Below, in pieces: positions 40,404 through 50,281 of a DNA stretch of 64,000 nt. The translations under genes were made by a program, and so were the position numbers. The DNA comes from an uncultured Actinomycetes bacterium. Lineage in GTDB: Bacteria; Actinomycetota; Thermoleophilia; RBG-16-64-13. The stretch is taken from assembly GCA_963706025.1 (NCBI GenBank), contig CAVPLM010000005.1:896001-960000 (forward strand), in the 5' to 3' direction. The notes beneath the pieces are model-generated. The model did not search any database and was not told the DNA's origin. It saw only the letters and a list, made by a program, of their open reading frames with translations. Position 1 is the stretch's first letter; the number at the start of each line of letters is the position of its first letter.

Positions 40404-40436
40404 CCTACAACTCGTTTCAGAATGAAGCCGCGGCCG
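40404..40436 (+). repeat. 33-bp copy of the left end of the 33.9-kb element
   Basis: cctacaactcgtttcagaatgaagccgcggccg vs 33901-33933, 29/33 identical. Confidence 0.75.
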
Positions 40437-40447
40437 TCTAGAGCCGT

Positions 40448-42163
40448 CTAGGCCACCAGACCTTTGTCGTACACCAGCCTCCCGCCGACCACGGTAGCCA
40501 GGTTGGTGATGGTGTGGATCTCTTCCGGCGGGACCGACAGGATGTCGCGGTCGAGGACGCAGAAGTCCGCCAGCTTGCCCGGCTCCAGCGAACCTTTTCG
40601 CTCTTCCATGTGGTCCTGCCAGGCACCGCCCATGGTGTACAGCCGGATGGCTTCCTGGACGGTGATCGCCTGCTTGGGCCCGCGGACCGTCCCCGAGGCC
40701 TTGGACTTCCTGAGAACGGCCGCCTCCACTCCCTGCAGCCAATCAGGGCTGGTGACCGGCGCGTCCGACGACAAGCTCACGTGCACCCCTGCGTCCAGAA
40801 GTGTCCGCAGCGGGAACTGCCACTCCGAGCGCTTGAGACCGAGGGCCTTGTCCATGTCGTCGGAGAACACCCATTTCAGGATCGTCTGAGCGCCCACACC
40901 GATGTTGTTCGCGGCCACGCGCTGGATGTCTTTCTCGGTGATGAGGTCGCAATGGAGCAGGTAGTGCCGTAGCTCTTGGGAGTCCTGCTCCTGAGCCCCC
41001 AGGAAGGCGTCGATGCAGGCCTCGATCGCTTTGTCTCCCACAGCGTGGATGGCGCACTGGAAGCCGTTCTTGTGGGCGTAGGCCACCATCTTGAGGAGCT
41101 CGTCGTAGCGCTCCTTTTCGGTCGCCCCGGGCATCACCAGGCCACCGTTGCCGCCGTCCGGATAGTCCTCGTGCAGCCAGGCCGTCTTGGTCTGGGGGAC
41201 GCCGTCGGCGAACAGCTTGATCCCGCCGATCTTGAGCCACTCGTCGCCGAAGCCGCTGTGGATACCCACCACCGGTATGCTCTTCTCGAAGTCCGCGAGG
41301 GATATGGCCCCATACGTCCCGAAGAGGTAGAGGATGTTCATCCGCACCGACAACGCGCCCTCATTGTGAAGGTCGTTGTAGACGCTGATGCACTCGTTGT
41401 CCAGAAGCCCGCCCTGGAAGCCGCTACCGCCGGGCCCCAAGGCCGCGTCGGTGGTGCTGGTGATACCTCGGGAGTTCAGGTCCTCCATCATGGCCAGGAT
41501 GGCGTTCCGCTTGTCCTGCCTGGTCCATTGCGGTACCACCCGCATGACCAGGCCTTCGGCCGGAAGTTCGAGCAGCATGCCGGTGGGCTCTCCGGTGGCG
41601 GGGTCCTTGACTACCTCGGAACCCGGCTCGGTCTGTGTGCGCCGGTCGATGCCGGCCAATTCCAGGGCGCGGGTGTTGGCGACCAGCTCGTGCTGGGTGA
41701 ACGAGACCAGGTACACCGGGTTATGGGGAGCGACCTCGTCCAGGTCCCAGCGGGTCAGATGGCGGGAGGAATCGGCCAGACACTCGGCGAGATAGCCCTG
41801 GTCCCATCCGGCGCCCCTTATCCACTCGCCCGGCTTCAGAGTCGCCGCCTTGGCCTTGACCGCCGCTTTGATGTCTTCTATCGACTTGACCGCAGGGTAG
41901 CCGCAGTCCACGGTCAACGGAGGCCGAATCCCCCCAAACAAGGCGGCGTGCATATGGCAGTCATTGATCCCCGGAAGGACGGTCTTCCCCCCTAGGTCGA
42001 CCTTCTGGGTCGCGGGGCCTGCCAGCACCTCGATCTCGGCATCGGAGCCGACCGCAAGGATCTTGCCGTCCTTGACCGCCATAGCAGAGACGGTCGAATC
42101 CTTGGCGTCGACGGTGACTATCTTCCCGTTAACGTAGATAGAATCTGCGGCACAAACGGTCAT
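40448..42163 (-). CDS. Amidohydrolase 3 family (YtcJ/NfdA-like)
   Basis: PGINDCHMH, KLFADG, HAVGDKA, SSDAPV, KGSLEPGKLADF. Confidence 0.92.
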   Translation of the reverse strand: MTVCAADSIYVNGKIVTVDAKDSTVSAMAVKDGKILAVGSDAEIEVLAGPATQKVDLGGKTVLPGINDCHMHAALFGGIRPPLTVDCGYPAVKSIEDIKAAVKAKAATLKPGEWIRGAGWDQGYLAECLADSSRHLTRWDLDEVAPHNPVYLVSFTQHELVANTRALELAGIDRRTQTEPGSEVVKDPATGEPTGMLLELPAEGLVMRVVPQWTRQDKRNAILAMMEDLNSRGITSTTDAALGPGGSGFQGGLLDNECISVYNDLHNEGALSVRMNILYLFGTYGAISLADFEKSIPVVGIHSGFGDEWLKIGGIKLFADGVPQTKTAWLHEDYPDGGNGGLVMPGATEKERYDELLKMVAYAHKNGFQCAIHAVGDKAIEACIDAFLGAQEQDSQELRHYLLHCDLITEKDIQRVAANNIGVGAQTILKWVFSDDMDKALGLKRSEWQFPLRTLLDAGVHVSLSSDAPVTSPDWLQGVEAAVLRKSKASGTVRGPKQAITVQEAIRLYTMGGAWQDHMEERKGSLEPGKLADFCVLDRDILSVPPEEIHTITNLATVVGGRLVYDKGLVA

Positions 42164-42178
42164 CTCAATGTCTTCCTT

Positions 42179-42973
42179 TCAGGCAAGGTATCCGCCATCT
42201 TCGATAAGGATCTGGCCCGTGACAAAGCTCGAGGCGTCCGAGGCCAACCACACCGCGAGCCCTTTCATCTCTTCCGGCATGCCACACCGCCCGAGAGGCA
42301 GCAGCCGCGCGATGGTCCTTTCCACCTCTTCCACTTCGTCGGCCGGTGTCAGCGGAGTCCGGTGATAGCCCGGACAGATAGTGTTCACCCGTATTCCATA
42401 GGAACCATACTGCCTGGCGGCCGCCTTGGTCAGCATGATCAGCCCGGCCTTGGCCACCGCGTAGGCGGTCTGCGTGTAGACCCACTTGTCCTGCGCGAGT
42501 GGCCACATCCCGCCCACCGACGACATGGTGATGAAGTTTCCCCGGCCCCCCTCGATCATGACCGGGAACACCGCCTTCATCTGCAGGAACACCGCCCTCA
42601 GGTCCGCGTCCATCACCTCGTCCCAGTCTTCGACGGGCTTCTCGTGGATGAGCACGAAGCTCTTCTCCCGGATCCCGGCGTTGGCGAAGAACACGTCGAT
42701 GCGGCCGAACTCGCAGGTCACCTTCTCCACCATCGCCTGTATGTCGTCCCACTGCGTCACGTCGGCCGTTACCGCGAGATTGCGCCGGCCGTAGGCGGAG
42801 AGTGCTCCCAGCGTGTCCTCGAGCTTCTCTGCCGATCGCCCGACGCACACCACGTCCGCGCCATACTGGGCCACGGCTTCGCAGATGGTACGGCCCAGGC
42901 CCGAACCGCCTCCCGTCACCACCGCCACCCTGTCGGTCAGATCGAAAATGGGCCTATCGCCGGCCGCGTCCAC
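42179..42973 (-). CDS. Short-chain dehydrogenase/reductase
   Basis: TGGGSGLG, ANAG, YAVAK, IRVNTICPG, DGG. Confidence 0.93.
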   Translation of the reverse strand: MDAAGDRPIFDLTDRVAVVTGGGSGLGRTICEAVAQYGADVVCVGRSAEKLEDTLGALSAYGRRNLAVTADVTQWDDIQAMVEKVTCEFGRIDVFFANAGIREKSFVLIHEKPVEDWDEVMDADLRAVFLQMKAVFPVMIEGGRGNFITMSSVGGMWPLAQDKWVYTQTAYAVAKAGLIMLTKAAARQYGSYGIRVNTICPGYHRTPLTPADEVEEVERTIARLLPLGRCGMPEEMKGLAVWLASDASSFVTGQILIEDGGYLA

Positions 42974-43032
42974 GCTCCGATCCCCCCCCTGTAGATTTGC
43001 TGCCCGGTGTCCTCGCCGCGCCCTTTTCGAGG

Positions 43033-43740
43033 CTAGACGCCCAGATAGGCCTTGCGCACGTGCTCGCTGTGCATGAGCTCTTCGGCCGATCCTTCCACCT
43101 CGATGTTGCCGGTCTCGAGCACGTAGGCCCTCTTCGCCAGCTTGAGCGCCAGTCGCGAGTTCTGCTCCACCAGCAGTACGGTCGTTCCCGTCTCGTTTAT
43201 CTCCCGGACGATCTTCGCGATCTCGGTCACCATGAGCGGCGACAGACCCATGGAGGGCTCATCCAAGAGCAGAAGGCGAGGCCCGCACATGACAGCCGTG
43301 GCTATCGCAAGCATCTGCTGCTCCCCTCCGCTCAGGGTGGACGCCTGCTGCCGCGCACGCTCCCTGAGCCGAGGAAAGTGGCCCAGTATCTCCTCCAGGT
43401 CTTTGGCGGTGGCCTTGCGATCCTTCCGCAGGTAGGCGCCTATCTTGAGGTTCTCCGCCACCGACATGTACGGGAACAGACCTCTGTCCTGTGGGACCTG
43501 CACGATGCCCATCTTGACGATGCTCTGCGGCTTCTGCCCGTCGACCCGCGCGCCGTCGAACCAGATCTCCCCTCGAGCCGGAGCCTTGAGCCCGGATATG
43601 GCCCGCAGGATGGTGGACTTGCCCGCCCCGTTGCGGCCGATCAAGGTCACAATCTCGCCTTCCTCGAGATACATGGAGACACCCTTGACCACCTCCGCCC
43701 CCTCGTAGCGGACGGCCAGATCCCGCATTTCAAACCACAT
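43033..43740 (-). CDS. livF: HAAT ABC transporter ATPase
   Basis: GRNGAGKST, LSGGEQQM, LLDEPSMGLSP, LLVEQN. Confidence 0.9.
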   Translation of the reverse strand: MWFEMRDLAVRYEGAEVVKGVSMYLEEGEIVTLIGRNGAGKSTILRAISGLKAPARGEIWFDGARVDGQKPQSIVKMGIVQVPQDRGLFPYMSVAENLKIGAYLRKDRKATAKDLEEILGHFPRLRERARQQASTLSGGEQQMLAIATAVMCGPRLLLLDEPSMGLSPLMVTEIAKIVREINETGTTVLLVEQNSRLALKLAKRAYVLETGNIEVEGSAEELMHSEHVRKAYLGV

Positions 43741-44512
43741 CGGAATCGGCCCCCAGATAGGCTTCGATGACCGCGGGATCGGCCACACAGGCATGCGGCG
43801 TCCCCTCGACCAGCTTCTGGCCGTAGTTGAGCACGATGCTCGTGGCGCACAGACCCAGAACGGCCCGAACGTTATGCTCGACGACGATGACGGTGGTCCC
43901 CCTCAGACTGTTGAGTTTCTTGATGATGTCGATCATCGAGGTGGTCTCCTCCGCGTTCATGCCGGTGAGCGGCTCGTCCAGCAGCAAGAGGGTGGGGTCG
44001 GAAGCGAGAGCGACAGCCACGCACAACTCCCGCTGACTGCCATGAGGCAGATTCGTGCACAGCTCGTCCGCCTGGTCTGCCAGACCGACGAATCCCAGCA
44101 GCTCCATGCTGCGGTCGATGAGGTCCTGCCGCTTCCGGACACGCTGGTAGCTTCTTCCGATCACGGCCCAGGGCCCGTGCTCGGTATGCAGGTACGATCC
44201 GGCCAAAACGTTCTCGAGCGCGGTCATGCTCTTGAACAGCGCGTTCTTCTGGAACACCCGCCCTATGCCCAGGTGAGCCCGGCGGTGGGGTGGGTAACGG
44301 GTGATATCGTGGCCCCGGAACATGATCTTCCCTGCCGAGACGCGCAGGGTCCCGTCGATGAGGTTGAGCAGAGTGCTCTTGCCCGCGCCGTTAGGGCCGA
44401 TGAGGCCGAGGATCTCTCCCTCTTCCACAGCCAGGTCGACCTGGTCGACGGCGGCCAATCCCCCGAAATGCCGGCTCACATTCTGGGCCTCGAGCAGTGG
44501 CATCGCCATCAC
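43730..44512 (-). CDS. livG: HAAT ABC transporter ATPase
   Basis: FGGLAAV, GPNGAGKST, LPHG, LLDEP, VIEAYLG. Confidence 0.9.
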   Translation of the reverse strand: MMAMPLLEAQNVSRHFGGLAAVDQVDLAVEEGEILGLIGPNGAGKSTLLNLIDGTLRVSAGKIMFRGHDITRYPPHRRAHLGIGRVFQKNALFKSMTALENVLAGSYLHTEHGPWAVIGRSYQRVRKRQDLIDRSMELLGFVGLADQADELCTNLPHGSQRELCVAVALASDPTLLLLDEPLTGMNAEETTSMIDIIKKLNSLRGTTVIVVEHNVRAVLGLCATSIVLNYGQKLVEGTPHACVADPAVIEAYLGADSDVV

Positions 44513-45588
44513 CCGTTGGCCTGCTCGTCGTGAGCGAGCGCGACCGCCTCATCCGAAGCCGACCCGGCGACCACCACTCCCGAACCAGAGACCGGCGCGG
44601 CCGGTCCCGAGCGTCCTCGCCGCCTCCACTTCTGGATCTGGGCGGGGATCCCGACGAGACCCGCCGGCATGAAGAGCATGACGACGATCGCGATGGCCCC
44701 GGTGATCATCGGCTGATACTCCTGCATCGAGCGAGTGTTCTCGGCCAGCAGGGTGAGTACCGTCGTGCCCACGAGCGGACCGACGAAGTAGCTCTTGCCC
44801 CCCACCACCATGTACACGAGGAGATAGATCGACATGGTCACGCCGAAGCGCGACGTGGCGTCCGCGCTCAGGTTGTGTTGGTAGCCGGCGAACAGCGCGC
44901 CCGAGATGCCCGCCATGAAGGCTGCGAGCACGAAATTCACCATCTTGTAGCCGATGACGTTGATGCCTACCGCTCCCGCCAGAGTGTTGTCGTCCCTGAT
45001 GGCTCTCCACTGGAAACTGATGTAGGCGCGCTCAACGTAGTAGAGGATGAGCAGGGCGACCAGAACCACGGCCACGGCGATGTAGTAGAAGTTGTACGGC
45101 CTGTCCAGGTCGATCTCCCCTAGTATCGGGAGGTTCTGCGTCCCAGGGCCCGGCACTCCGGTGAGCCCCAGCGGGCCGCCGGTGAGAGAGTTCCAATAGA
45201 AAGCGACCAAGCGGAACGTCTCGGCAACTAGGAGAGTGAGGATTGAGAAGTAGATCCCTTTGACTTTCAAAAAGGGGTACGCCAGCAACAGGGCTACGAA
45301 AGCCGAGAACAACCCGCTGACGATCACGGCCGGCCAGAACGAGAAGCCTCCCTTCATCGTGAGGGTGGCATAGGTGAAGGCTCCTATGATGGCGAAGCCC
45401 ACCTGGCCGAGCGAGATCTCGTTGATGAGGGTCACGCTGCGAAGGCTGCTCACCAGCAGCACGTTGATGGCAAGCAGACACAGGACGGTCAGCCAGTACT
45501 GGTTGCCCGAGAGGATTTGGGGCATCAGGAACGCAACCACCGCTATCGCGACCCACAGGACGATCTTGCCCACGCCGCTCTTAGTCAT
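44509..45588 (-). CDS. livM: HAAT ABC transporter permease
   Basis: ISLGQVGF, KGIYFSILT, LTGGPLG, AIRDD, GPLVG. Confidence 0.88.
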   Translation of the reverse strand: MTKSGVGKIVLWVAIAVVAFLMPQILSGNQYWLTVLCLLAINVLLVSSLRSVTLINEISLGQVGFAIIGAFTYATLTMKGGFSFWPAVIVSGLFSAFVALLLAYPFLKVKGIYFSILTLLVAETFRLVAFYWNSLTGGPLGLTGVPGPGTQNLPILGEIDLDRPYNFYYIAVAVVLVALLILYYVERAYISFQWRAIRDDNTLAGAVGINVIGYKMVNFVLAAFMAGISGALFAGYQHNLSADATSRFGVTMSIYLLVYMVVGGKSYFVGPLVGTTVLTLLAENTRSMQEYQPMITGAIAIVVMLFMPAGLVGIPAQIQKWRRRGRSGPAAPVSGSGVVVAGSASDEAVALAHDEQANG

Positions 45589-46447
45589 GGCCGAGCAGTC
45601 CCTTGGGTCTGAAGAGCAACACCAGAATGACGATAACAAGCGGAGCCACCGACGCCACTGCCGGGCTAAAGAACACGGGTACGATGCCGTCGATGAGACC
45701 GAGTATTAGACCTCCGATCACCGCTCCGGGGATGCTACCCAAGCCACCCAGGACGATGATCACCAAGCCTTTGATCATGGGTAGTCCGCCCATGTAGGGC
45801 TGCAACTGAAGGATGGATCCGGCCAAGGCGCCGGCTAGTGCGGCGAGGGCACACCCGATCGCCATGGCCGACATGGACATCCTGTTGGGATTGATCCCTT
45901 TGAGGAAGGAGCCTTCGCGGTTCTGGGCGCTCGCCACCATCGCCAGACCCAGCCGGGTCCGTTTCAAGAAGAGGTAGAGTACCACCAGCGCGAGCACCGA
46001 GAAGGCGATGGCCAGGATCCGGTCTTTGGGGACCTCGGCTCCAAACAGGCTGAAGGAGCCGGAGATGAGGAAGGGAAGACTCTTGGTGTAGAGCCCGAAC
46101 GCGACGACCATCGCAGCCGACAGTATCAGGGTCAACCCCGTAGATATGACGATGGAACTGAGAACCACGTCGCGCCCGGGTTGGGGTCGGAACAGCCCTC
46201 GTTCCAACGCGACCCCGAAAGCCGCCATCATGACCATGGAGACGGCGATGGCCGGGTAGAGACCCAGCCCGCGGCCGACAAGGAAATACACACCGAATGC
46301 CCCGAGCATGTAGATCTCGCCGTGGGCGAGTTGGAGGATGCCCATGATGCTCAGGATCAACGTGAGGCCCAAGGCCATCAATACGTAGAGCCAGCCGAGG
46401 GCTATCCCGTTGACCGTTGCCTGCAACCAAAGATCGAGAGAGTCCAA
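45581..46447 (-). CDS. livH: HAAT ABC transporter permease
   Basis: ALGLTLI, LAHGEIYMLGA, VLGGLGSIPGAVIGG. Confidence 0.9.
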   Translation of the reverse strand: MDSLDLWLQATVNGIALGWLYVLMALGLTLILSIMGILQLAHGEIYMLGAFGVYFLVGRGLGLYPAIAVSMVMMAAFGVALERGLFRPQPGRDVVLSSIVISTGLTLILSAAMVVAFGLYTKSLPFLISGSFSLFGAEVPKDRILAIAFSVLALVVLYLFLKRTRLGLAMVASAQNREGSFLKGINPNRMSMSAMAIGCALAALAGALAGSILQLQPYMGGLPMIKGLVIIVLGGLGSIPGAVIGGLILGLIDGIVPVFFSPAVASVAPLVIVILVLLFRPKGLLGHD

Positions 46448-46601
46448 CCAGGCTCCTTTGGTGGAATCAAGGGAAGGCCGGTCATCCAGTTGCCCGCGCG
46501 GTCACAGCCGCCCGGGCCGTCTGAACCGGCCTTCCCTTACTCTAGTGCTCCCTAACGAAGCTCGGCATGAGTACGCGTGATACCGCGCGATACCCGGCCT
46601 A

Positions 46602-47915
46602 CTACTTAGCAAGCTCCAGGAACCCGACGAACTCAGCCACACCGTTCATGATGCGGGTAAGCGGGATGGGCCTGTAAAGCACCCGGTTCACACCGAACCG
46701 GTCGAGACCACCGATGTAGCCCGGCCCCTCCAGAGTCTGGAGGTCGCCGGCGTTGGTCATGCCCTCCATGGTCTTGACAACCGTCGCCGCATCCGTCGTC
46801 CCTGCCTTCTGCATGACCTGGATCATCACCCAGGGCATGTCATAGGCGTGAACGGCATCGGAGATGAAGGGGTCGTTCGGCCACTTGGCCGCCCAGGCGT
46901 CCATGAGCTTCTTGACCTCTGGGGTCGGGTTGGTGACGTCGATGCTGTTGCACATCACGTCGGTGAGCATGGCCGGGTCTTTGACGGTCACGACGACGAC
47001 GTCAGCACCTAGGGGCGAGTTCGATACGAACGGGCCCTTGAAGCCCAACTGACGCGCCGCCTTCAACTGGTCGTTCGCCTGCCCGCTGACCATGGCCCAG
47101 ATAACATCGGGCTTCGCCGCGTTGAGCTTGGTCATCACGGGGACGAAGTCCGTGGTGCCCCAGGGCCACTTCTCCACCGCGACTATTTCCATCCCACGCT
47201 CGGTCGCGTCGGCCGTCAGCATCTCGATCATCCCCTCATAGCCGATGTCGGGGGCGGAGATGGCTATCTTCTTGGCCTGCGGATACGTCTCGGCAAGGTA
47301 GTCGAGATCGGGGGGTCCAGTGTCGTCGTGGTTATAGAACGGACGGACCTGGAGCGGTTTGTCGGGCCCGACATCCTGCGGCGCACCCGGGATGTTCGCG
47401 TTCGCCTGCGCATACAACACGCCGGCCGCTTCGGTCACCTCGTTGATGGGCGCCATTTCCATCTCCAGAATGGCGCCGAGGACCATATCCACCTTGTCCT
47501 GGGTAACCAGCTTGCTCGCCGCGGTACTGGCGCCTTCCGCTGAGCCTTTGCTGTCTTCCAGGATGAGCTCGATCGTGTAGGTGTCGTTGCCGATCTTGAC
47601 ACCGCCCGCGTTGTTCACGTCATCGGCATACAGCTCCCAGCCGCGGGTGAACGCAAGGGCCACCACGGAGAGAGGACCGGACAAAGGCATGATCGTCCCG
47701 ATCTTGAGGGTCTTCATCTCTCCGGATGGGGCGGTGGTGGTCTCGCTGGTCGCCGGCGCCGTGGTGGCCGTAGTCTCGCTGCTCGTCGGGGCGGTGGTTT
47801 CCGGCGCGGCGCTGGTCGTCGTCTCTTCTTCGCCTCCGCAGGCGGCTACGCCGAACACCAGAGCAACCAAGGCAACAACGCACAATAATACGAGGATCTT
47901 CCTTCTTGGCATCAT
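46602..47915 (-). CDS. HAAT ABC substrate-binding lipoprotein
   Basis: VAAC lipobox, Thr-rich linker, LKIGTIMPLSGP, GTTDF. Confidence 0.9.
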   Translation of the reverse strand: MMPRRKILVLLCVVALVALVFGVAACGGEEETTTSAAPETTAPTSSETTATTAPATSETTTAPSGEMKTLKIGTIMPLSGPLSVVALAFTRGWELYADDVNNAGGVKIGNDTYTIELILEDSKGSAEGASTAASKLVTQDKVDMVLGAILEMEMAPINEVTEAAGVLYAQANANIPGAPQDVGPDKPLQVRPFYNHDDTGPPDLDYLAETYPQAKKIAISAPDIGYEGMIEMLTADATERGMEIVAVEKWPWGTTDFVPVMTKLNAAKPDVIWAMVSGQANDQLKAARQLGFKGPFVSNSPLGADVVVVTVKDPAMLTDVMCNSIDVTNPTPEVKKLMDAWAAKWPNDPFISDAVHAYDMPWVMIQVMQKAGTTDAATVVKTMEGMTNAGDLQTLEGPGYIGGLDRFGVNRVLYRPIPLTRIMNGVAEFVGFLELAK

Positions 47916-48246
47916 GCTTCCCCCCTGTGATTCCATGCTGTGCAGGACGTGTTTTCCCAGCAAACCTGTCGAGTCTTCGTCGGTCTACCTCCTTGAGCCG
48001 ACAACAGCTCCATCGTTACCAGGCATTGTACCCGGGACCGAAACCAAGCTAACCGTGCGCGACCGTCATCGGGTTGTTGATGCCGGTGATCCCGCGCAGG
48101 AGCACAGACCGCCCCTTAGGCGCATCGAACACCCTCGACTCGCATTTCACCACAAGCGCGAGCCCTGGAAAAGTATCCGAAAGTATGATTGTGCGCTCTC
48201 TCGCCCTAGCCGGCTCAAACGGCCCAACCTGCGAACCGAACGCTCC

Positions 48247-49488
48247 TCAGGGAGCGAGACCGACCTCCTGGCGCACGGTGTGGGTTATGGCCGTGCGAGA
48301 GCGCGCCCCGACCTTGGCCGCGATGCTGTGCATGTGTTTCTTAACCGTACACTCGGCGATAAACAGCGCCTGGGCGATCTCCTTGTTGGTCCCACCGGCC
48401 ATCACCCTGTCGAGTACCTCAATTTCCCGATCGGTGAGGGCAAAACGCTCCTTCAGCGGCTCGTTCCAGCGTCGCGCGACCCGGTCGCGGGGTTCGAGAG
48501 TGATGAGCAGACCCGGGTTCCCCTGATCGAGGGTGACCGCACGAGAGCTGACACCCACGTTGCAGCTTTCGGCGAGCGCATCGGGGTTGCTCAGGGCATG
48601 TCCGACGAACGAAGCCGCCCCCATCTCCGGCGAAGAGCCCGAGGGGCGACTCGCCCCCTGGGACGGCGACCATGCCCGGTCGCCCATCCCCTCGACCAGG
48701 CTGGGAATACCGTCGACCTGCCCTAGAGGCGAGCAGAGGTCCCGGGCGATCTCGTTGCAGTAGAGAACCCGTCCGCGTGTGTCGCACACGATCACACCTT
48801 TGTCTTCGGCAGTCTGCAGCACGGAAGCGACGCTCGCGGAGACGATCTTCTCCAGATGATTGCCCACGAAGGGCGCGATCATCTCCATGATGGCTGCTTC
48901 CTCTGCGGAGAAAGGATCCCGCTGCCGCGCGCGGTGGAGACAGAGCGCCCCGCGCGCTAACGGAGTGGACGACATGAACGCGACAAGGTCGTAATAGATC
49001 CCGCCGCTCTTCCAGAAATCGTTGTAGAACTCGGTGGAGAGCCAACTACTGTAGTCCACGACCTCCCTGAGGTCGAACACGGAGGGAATAGGAGAATGAC
49101 CCCGTGGCAGGCTGTTGCCTTTGATGAAGTCGGCCAACCTCGTCGGGTCAAGGTCGCAATAGTAGTCGGCATAGAGCTTCGGGAACGCCGGATCCTGGTT
49201 GTGGACGACGAACTCCAACTCTCTGGTGAGCGGGTTGCACAGGATGAGAGCGGCCTGCTCGGCCTGAAGCTCGCCGGAGATGCACTCGAGGAGCCGGCCG
49301 CAGCCTTCCATGTCGGCGGTGGCTGTGCTGATCTCCTGGAGGGTGCTGAGGATGCCCGCGCAACGCTCGGGGCTTACCGCGGTCGATCGTGCCGTCTTCG
49401 GCTGAGCGAGCGGCGAAGGCCCACGCGAAATCGGTCGCTTGCCCGGATGGGTGATCCCATCCAGCCCCGTCGTCGGCACTTTGGCCAT
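48247..49488 (-). CDS. LuxR-family regulator with N-terminal GAF/PAS-like sensor
   Basis: LTDREIEVL..GTNKEIAQALFIAECTVKKH. Confidence 0.88.
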   Translation of the reverse strand: MAKVPTTGLDGITHPGKRPISRGPSPLAQPKTARSTAVSPERCAGILSTLQEISTATADMEGCGRLLECISGELQAEQAALILCNPLTRELEFVVHNQDPAFPKLYADYYCDLDPTRLADFIKGNSLPRGHSPIPSVFDLREVVDYSSWLSTEFYNDFWKSGGIYYDLVAFMSSTPLARGALCLHRARQRDPFSAEEAAIMEMIAPFVGNHLEKIVSASVASVLQTAEDKGVIVCDTRGRVLYCNEIARDLCSPLGQVDGIPSLVEGMGDRAWSPSQGASRPSGSSPEMGAASFVGHALSNPDALAESCNVGVSSRAVTLDQGNPGLLITLEPRDRVARRWNEPLKERFALTDREIEVLDRVMAGGTNKEIAQALFIAECTVKKHMHSIAAKVGARSRTAITHTVRQEVGLAP

Positions 49489-49855
49489 CACACCCCACAA
49501 CCTGCTGGGAGCCTTAGCTGAGGAAATGACCCACAAGGCGCCTGGCGATCTAGCCCCCACTCGACCGCTGGGGCCACAATCGTTGCAGACGCCGCACAAA
49601 TAATCAAGGACATCCCGGCCCTGGATGGGGGCAGCCGATGGAATTGACGCTGCCCGGTATGGAATCGGTGAAAGGGACTGAGTAGAATGGATCTACGAGA
49701 GGCACGGGGGCACCCCGGCAGGTATCTCGGGTGATAGCCCTAGGCGCCGAGTCCACAGTCCGGGGTCCGCTACCTAGTGTCCTACCGCCCGGTCTTCCCA
49801 GGAGGGAGGCTCGGCGGGCAAGGAACCCGAACCGAGGTCGTGAAAGGAGCCGAGC

Positions 49856-50265
49856 TTGAAAAAGAAGACATATCCCCTCTTCTACGCGGGTCAGAAGGCC
49901 AAGTATGCCCGGTCGGTCGTGGTAGGCGACCTGGTCTTCGTGTCCGGCGCGACCGGCCGCTCTCTGAAGACCGGGGATTTCACATCCGACGAGATCAAGG
50001 GGCAGATGATGGTCGCTCTGGACAATATCCGGGGCGCCCTTGAAGAATGCGGCAGCTCCATGGACAACATAGTCAAGACGGTGATGTACCTCAAACGCCT
50101 GGAGGACTACGGCGTCATGCGGGCAACGGAAGAGGAATACTATCGGCAGTACGCCCCAGTCTGATCGACGAGCCTCCGGCCAGCACTTTCGTGCAGCCGA
50201 TGTCGCTGGCGCGCCCCAACATGCTCGTGGAGATCGACGTGGTGGCCTGCCTGAATGAGGAGTGA
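49856..50265 (+). CDS. RidA family protein (frameshift near 50156)
   Basis: YARSVVVGDLVFVSGATG; second frame PPASTFV..LVEIDVVA. Confidence 0.85.
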
Positions 50266-50281
50266 GCAGGATGGAGTGTCA

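Noticed and set aside
50160-50166. Possible Sec codon in ridA
   Set aside because: The C-terminus continues in a different frame, so this is a frameshift and not readthrough.
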